Notes under the pieces: model-generated
Database searches by the model: none
Told to the model about the DNA's origin: nothing
The model's input: the letters and a program-made list of their open reading frames with translations, nothing else
IMG/VR virus record: IMGVR_UViG_3300024981_000016
Strand: one strand, 5' to 3'
Origin: a virus
DNA length: 52,616 nucleotides
Program-made: the position numbers and the translations under genes
Shown here: positions 51,818 to 52,616 of the stretch, one piece after another
How the letters are laid out: each line of letters opens with the position of its first letter
How positions within the stretch are numbered: the first letter of the stretch is position 1

Positions 51818-52053
51818 GGGGTGGCGCCCTCCCGAGCCTTGAGCATGGCGTCGGCTACCAGATAAGCGGCCTTGGAAATCTCTGCGCAGATGTCGTCAAG
51901 ATTGGCACCTGGAGGAGCAGCAACGCTTCCTCCGACAGCAGTAAGCGCCTGACCCGCAAACCAGTCGCGCAGGCTCATGCCGCCTTCGGCGTACTGGAAA
52001 TCTGGCTGGACACTATTCGGGAACGCCGCGCCACCATCGTTGATCTTGGTCAC
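51814..52053 (-). CDS. Hypothetical phage protein (DGGAAFP...GMSLRDWFAGQAL type)
   Basis: ORF track 51814..52197. GTG 52053 has GGAGGG upstream and forms a GTGA overlap with the preceding small ORF. Confidence 0.55.
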   Translation of the reverse strand: MTKINDGGAAFPNSVQPDFQYAEGGMSLRDWFAGQALTAVGGSVAAPPGANLDDICAEISKAAYLVADAMLKAREGATP

Positions 52054-52175
52054 AGCATCCCTCCATCGACCGCCGCCCCAATCAGGATGCAGACGACAAT
52101 GATCGCGGTGAGCATCCAGGGACGCTCGACGGAGAACTCGCAGAAGGCGTTGAGAAGGATGTCGGCGGTACGCAT
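52050..52175 (-). CDS. Possible 41-aa single-TM protein
   Basis: Hand translation MRTADILLNAFCEFSVERPWMLTAIIVVCILIGAAVDGGML. TGATG coupling to the repeat-protein stop. Confidence 0.4.
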   Translation of the reverse strand: MRTADILLNAFCEFSVERPWMLTAIIVVCILIGAAVDGGML

Positions 52176-52616
52176 CACTCTGCCACCTCGACTTCAACGC
52201 CAGCGAGCTTCGCCATGTCGGCGAGCGCGTCCTTGTCGCTGTCGTAAAACCGGGCCGGATTGATGGGCGATCCGCTTTCGCGATAGATCAGCATCGCCGC
52301 CAGTTCGGTGTTGAAGAACCGTTCGAGCTTCTGGCCGGCTTCGCCGGCAAGCGTGACGACCCAGCCGGCGCGGCAATGCGTCGTTCCGCAGGTATGCCAG
52401 GCGTCCATCCTGAGCGCGCCGGGTTGAATGGCCGCCTCATAGACCTTCCGGTTGATATCCTCGATCTTCGGGATGATCGGCGCTCCGAGCGCCTCAGGGG
52501 AAACGGTAGACTGGCCGCGATGCTCGCTTTTCAAGTCCAAGCAGCCCGAGCAGTCCGAGCAGTCCGAGCAGTCCGAGCAGTACGAGCAGCGCGAGCAGCC
52601 CGAGCAGCCCGAGCAG
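52175..52616 (-). CDS. Cys-Ser-X tripeptide-repeat protein, 3' part (C-terminal globular domain; 52490-52616 duplicates 1-127)
   Basis: ORF 52175..52540 has no ATG. Its frame is continuous with the frame opened by ATG 441 after circularisation. C-domain ...LRMDAWHTCGTTHCRAGWVVTLAGEAGQKLERFFNTELAAMLIYRES... Confidence 0.75.
   Translation of the reverse strand, partial: CSGCSGCSRCSYCSDCSDCSDCSGCLDLKSEHRGQSTVSPEALGAPIIPKIEDINRKVYEAAIQPGALRMDAWHTCGTTHCRAGWVVTLAGEAGQKLERFFNTELAAMLIYRESGSPINPARFYDSDKDALADMAKLAGVEVEVAE
52490..52616. repeat. Terminal overlap, copy 2 (identical to 1-127); includes the first units of the 9-bp array
   Basis: Base-by-base identity with 1-127. Confidence 0.97.

Larger units (their letters stand above)
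1..52489. mobile_element. Complete circular temperate phage genome (unit length 52,489 bp), with podovirus-like virion module, lambdoid-style switch and tRNA-targeting integrase
   Basis: Identical 127-bp ends. Integration, immunity, replication, packaging, head, tail and lysis modules are each present once. Confidence 0.85.

Overview
The window is one complete, circularly assembled temperate phage genome. Bases 1-127 are identical to 52490-52616, giving a unit length of 52,489 bp. It is GC-rich, and several small families (DUF982-like, GH108 endolysin, HNH-AP2 nucleases) suggest a Rhizobiales-type alphaproteobacterial host; that host call is inference.

Layout:
- **Early-left operon (minus strand).** It starts at a repressor-controlled divergent promoter near 1140-1190 and runs across the contig junction down to xis/int (about 52.5 kb back to 41.4 kb). 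It carries a recombination set (Gp157-like, Rad52-like SSAP, NinB-like), two HNH nucleases, a candidate DNA-modification module (DpdA-like transglycosylase, YhhQ-like transporter, C5 cytosine methyltransferase) and many small ORFs joined by ATGA/GTGA overlaps.
- **Immunity switch.** cI-like repressor at 3197-3619 (minus) and cro-like gene at 3694-3888 (plus). The same 17-bp operator motif recurs at the early-left promoter.
- **Early-right/replication operon.** RuvC-like resolvase, PD-(D/E)XK nuclease, HNH-AP2, prim-pol/helicase, an iteron-rich putative origin, and a NusG-like NGN-KOW protein.
- **Low-coding leader of about 650 nt** containing a tRNA(CAU).
- **Late operon.** HNH-AP2, DUF4214-like protein, TerS, TerL, portal, scaffold, major capsid, T7-like tail and ejection proteins, and a beta-helix tailspike.
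- **Lysis cassette.** Membrane-tethered GH108 endolysin and overlapping spanins, followed by a strong terminator.
- **Accessory region next to attP.** A DUF982-like gene and a four-gene minus-strand operon with twin palindromic operators. The attP core matches the 3' 45 nt of a tRNA-Val(GAC)-like gene.

Most unusual items:
- An early gene that wraps the junction and is built from a 31-unit 9-bp tandem repeat, encoding Cys at every third residue 33 times in a row.
- The minimal DpdA-like plus YhhQ-like module with no deazapurine biosynthesis genes.
- An in-frame amber codon splitting an HTH/HNH-like gene.
- A reverse-strand membrane-protein gene embedded in the ejection-protein cluster.
- The operator-controlled accessory operon beside attP.

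I found no rRNA, CRISPR array or IS/transposase. All family assignments come from reading motifs by eye, not from database searches.
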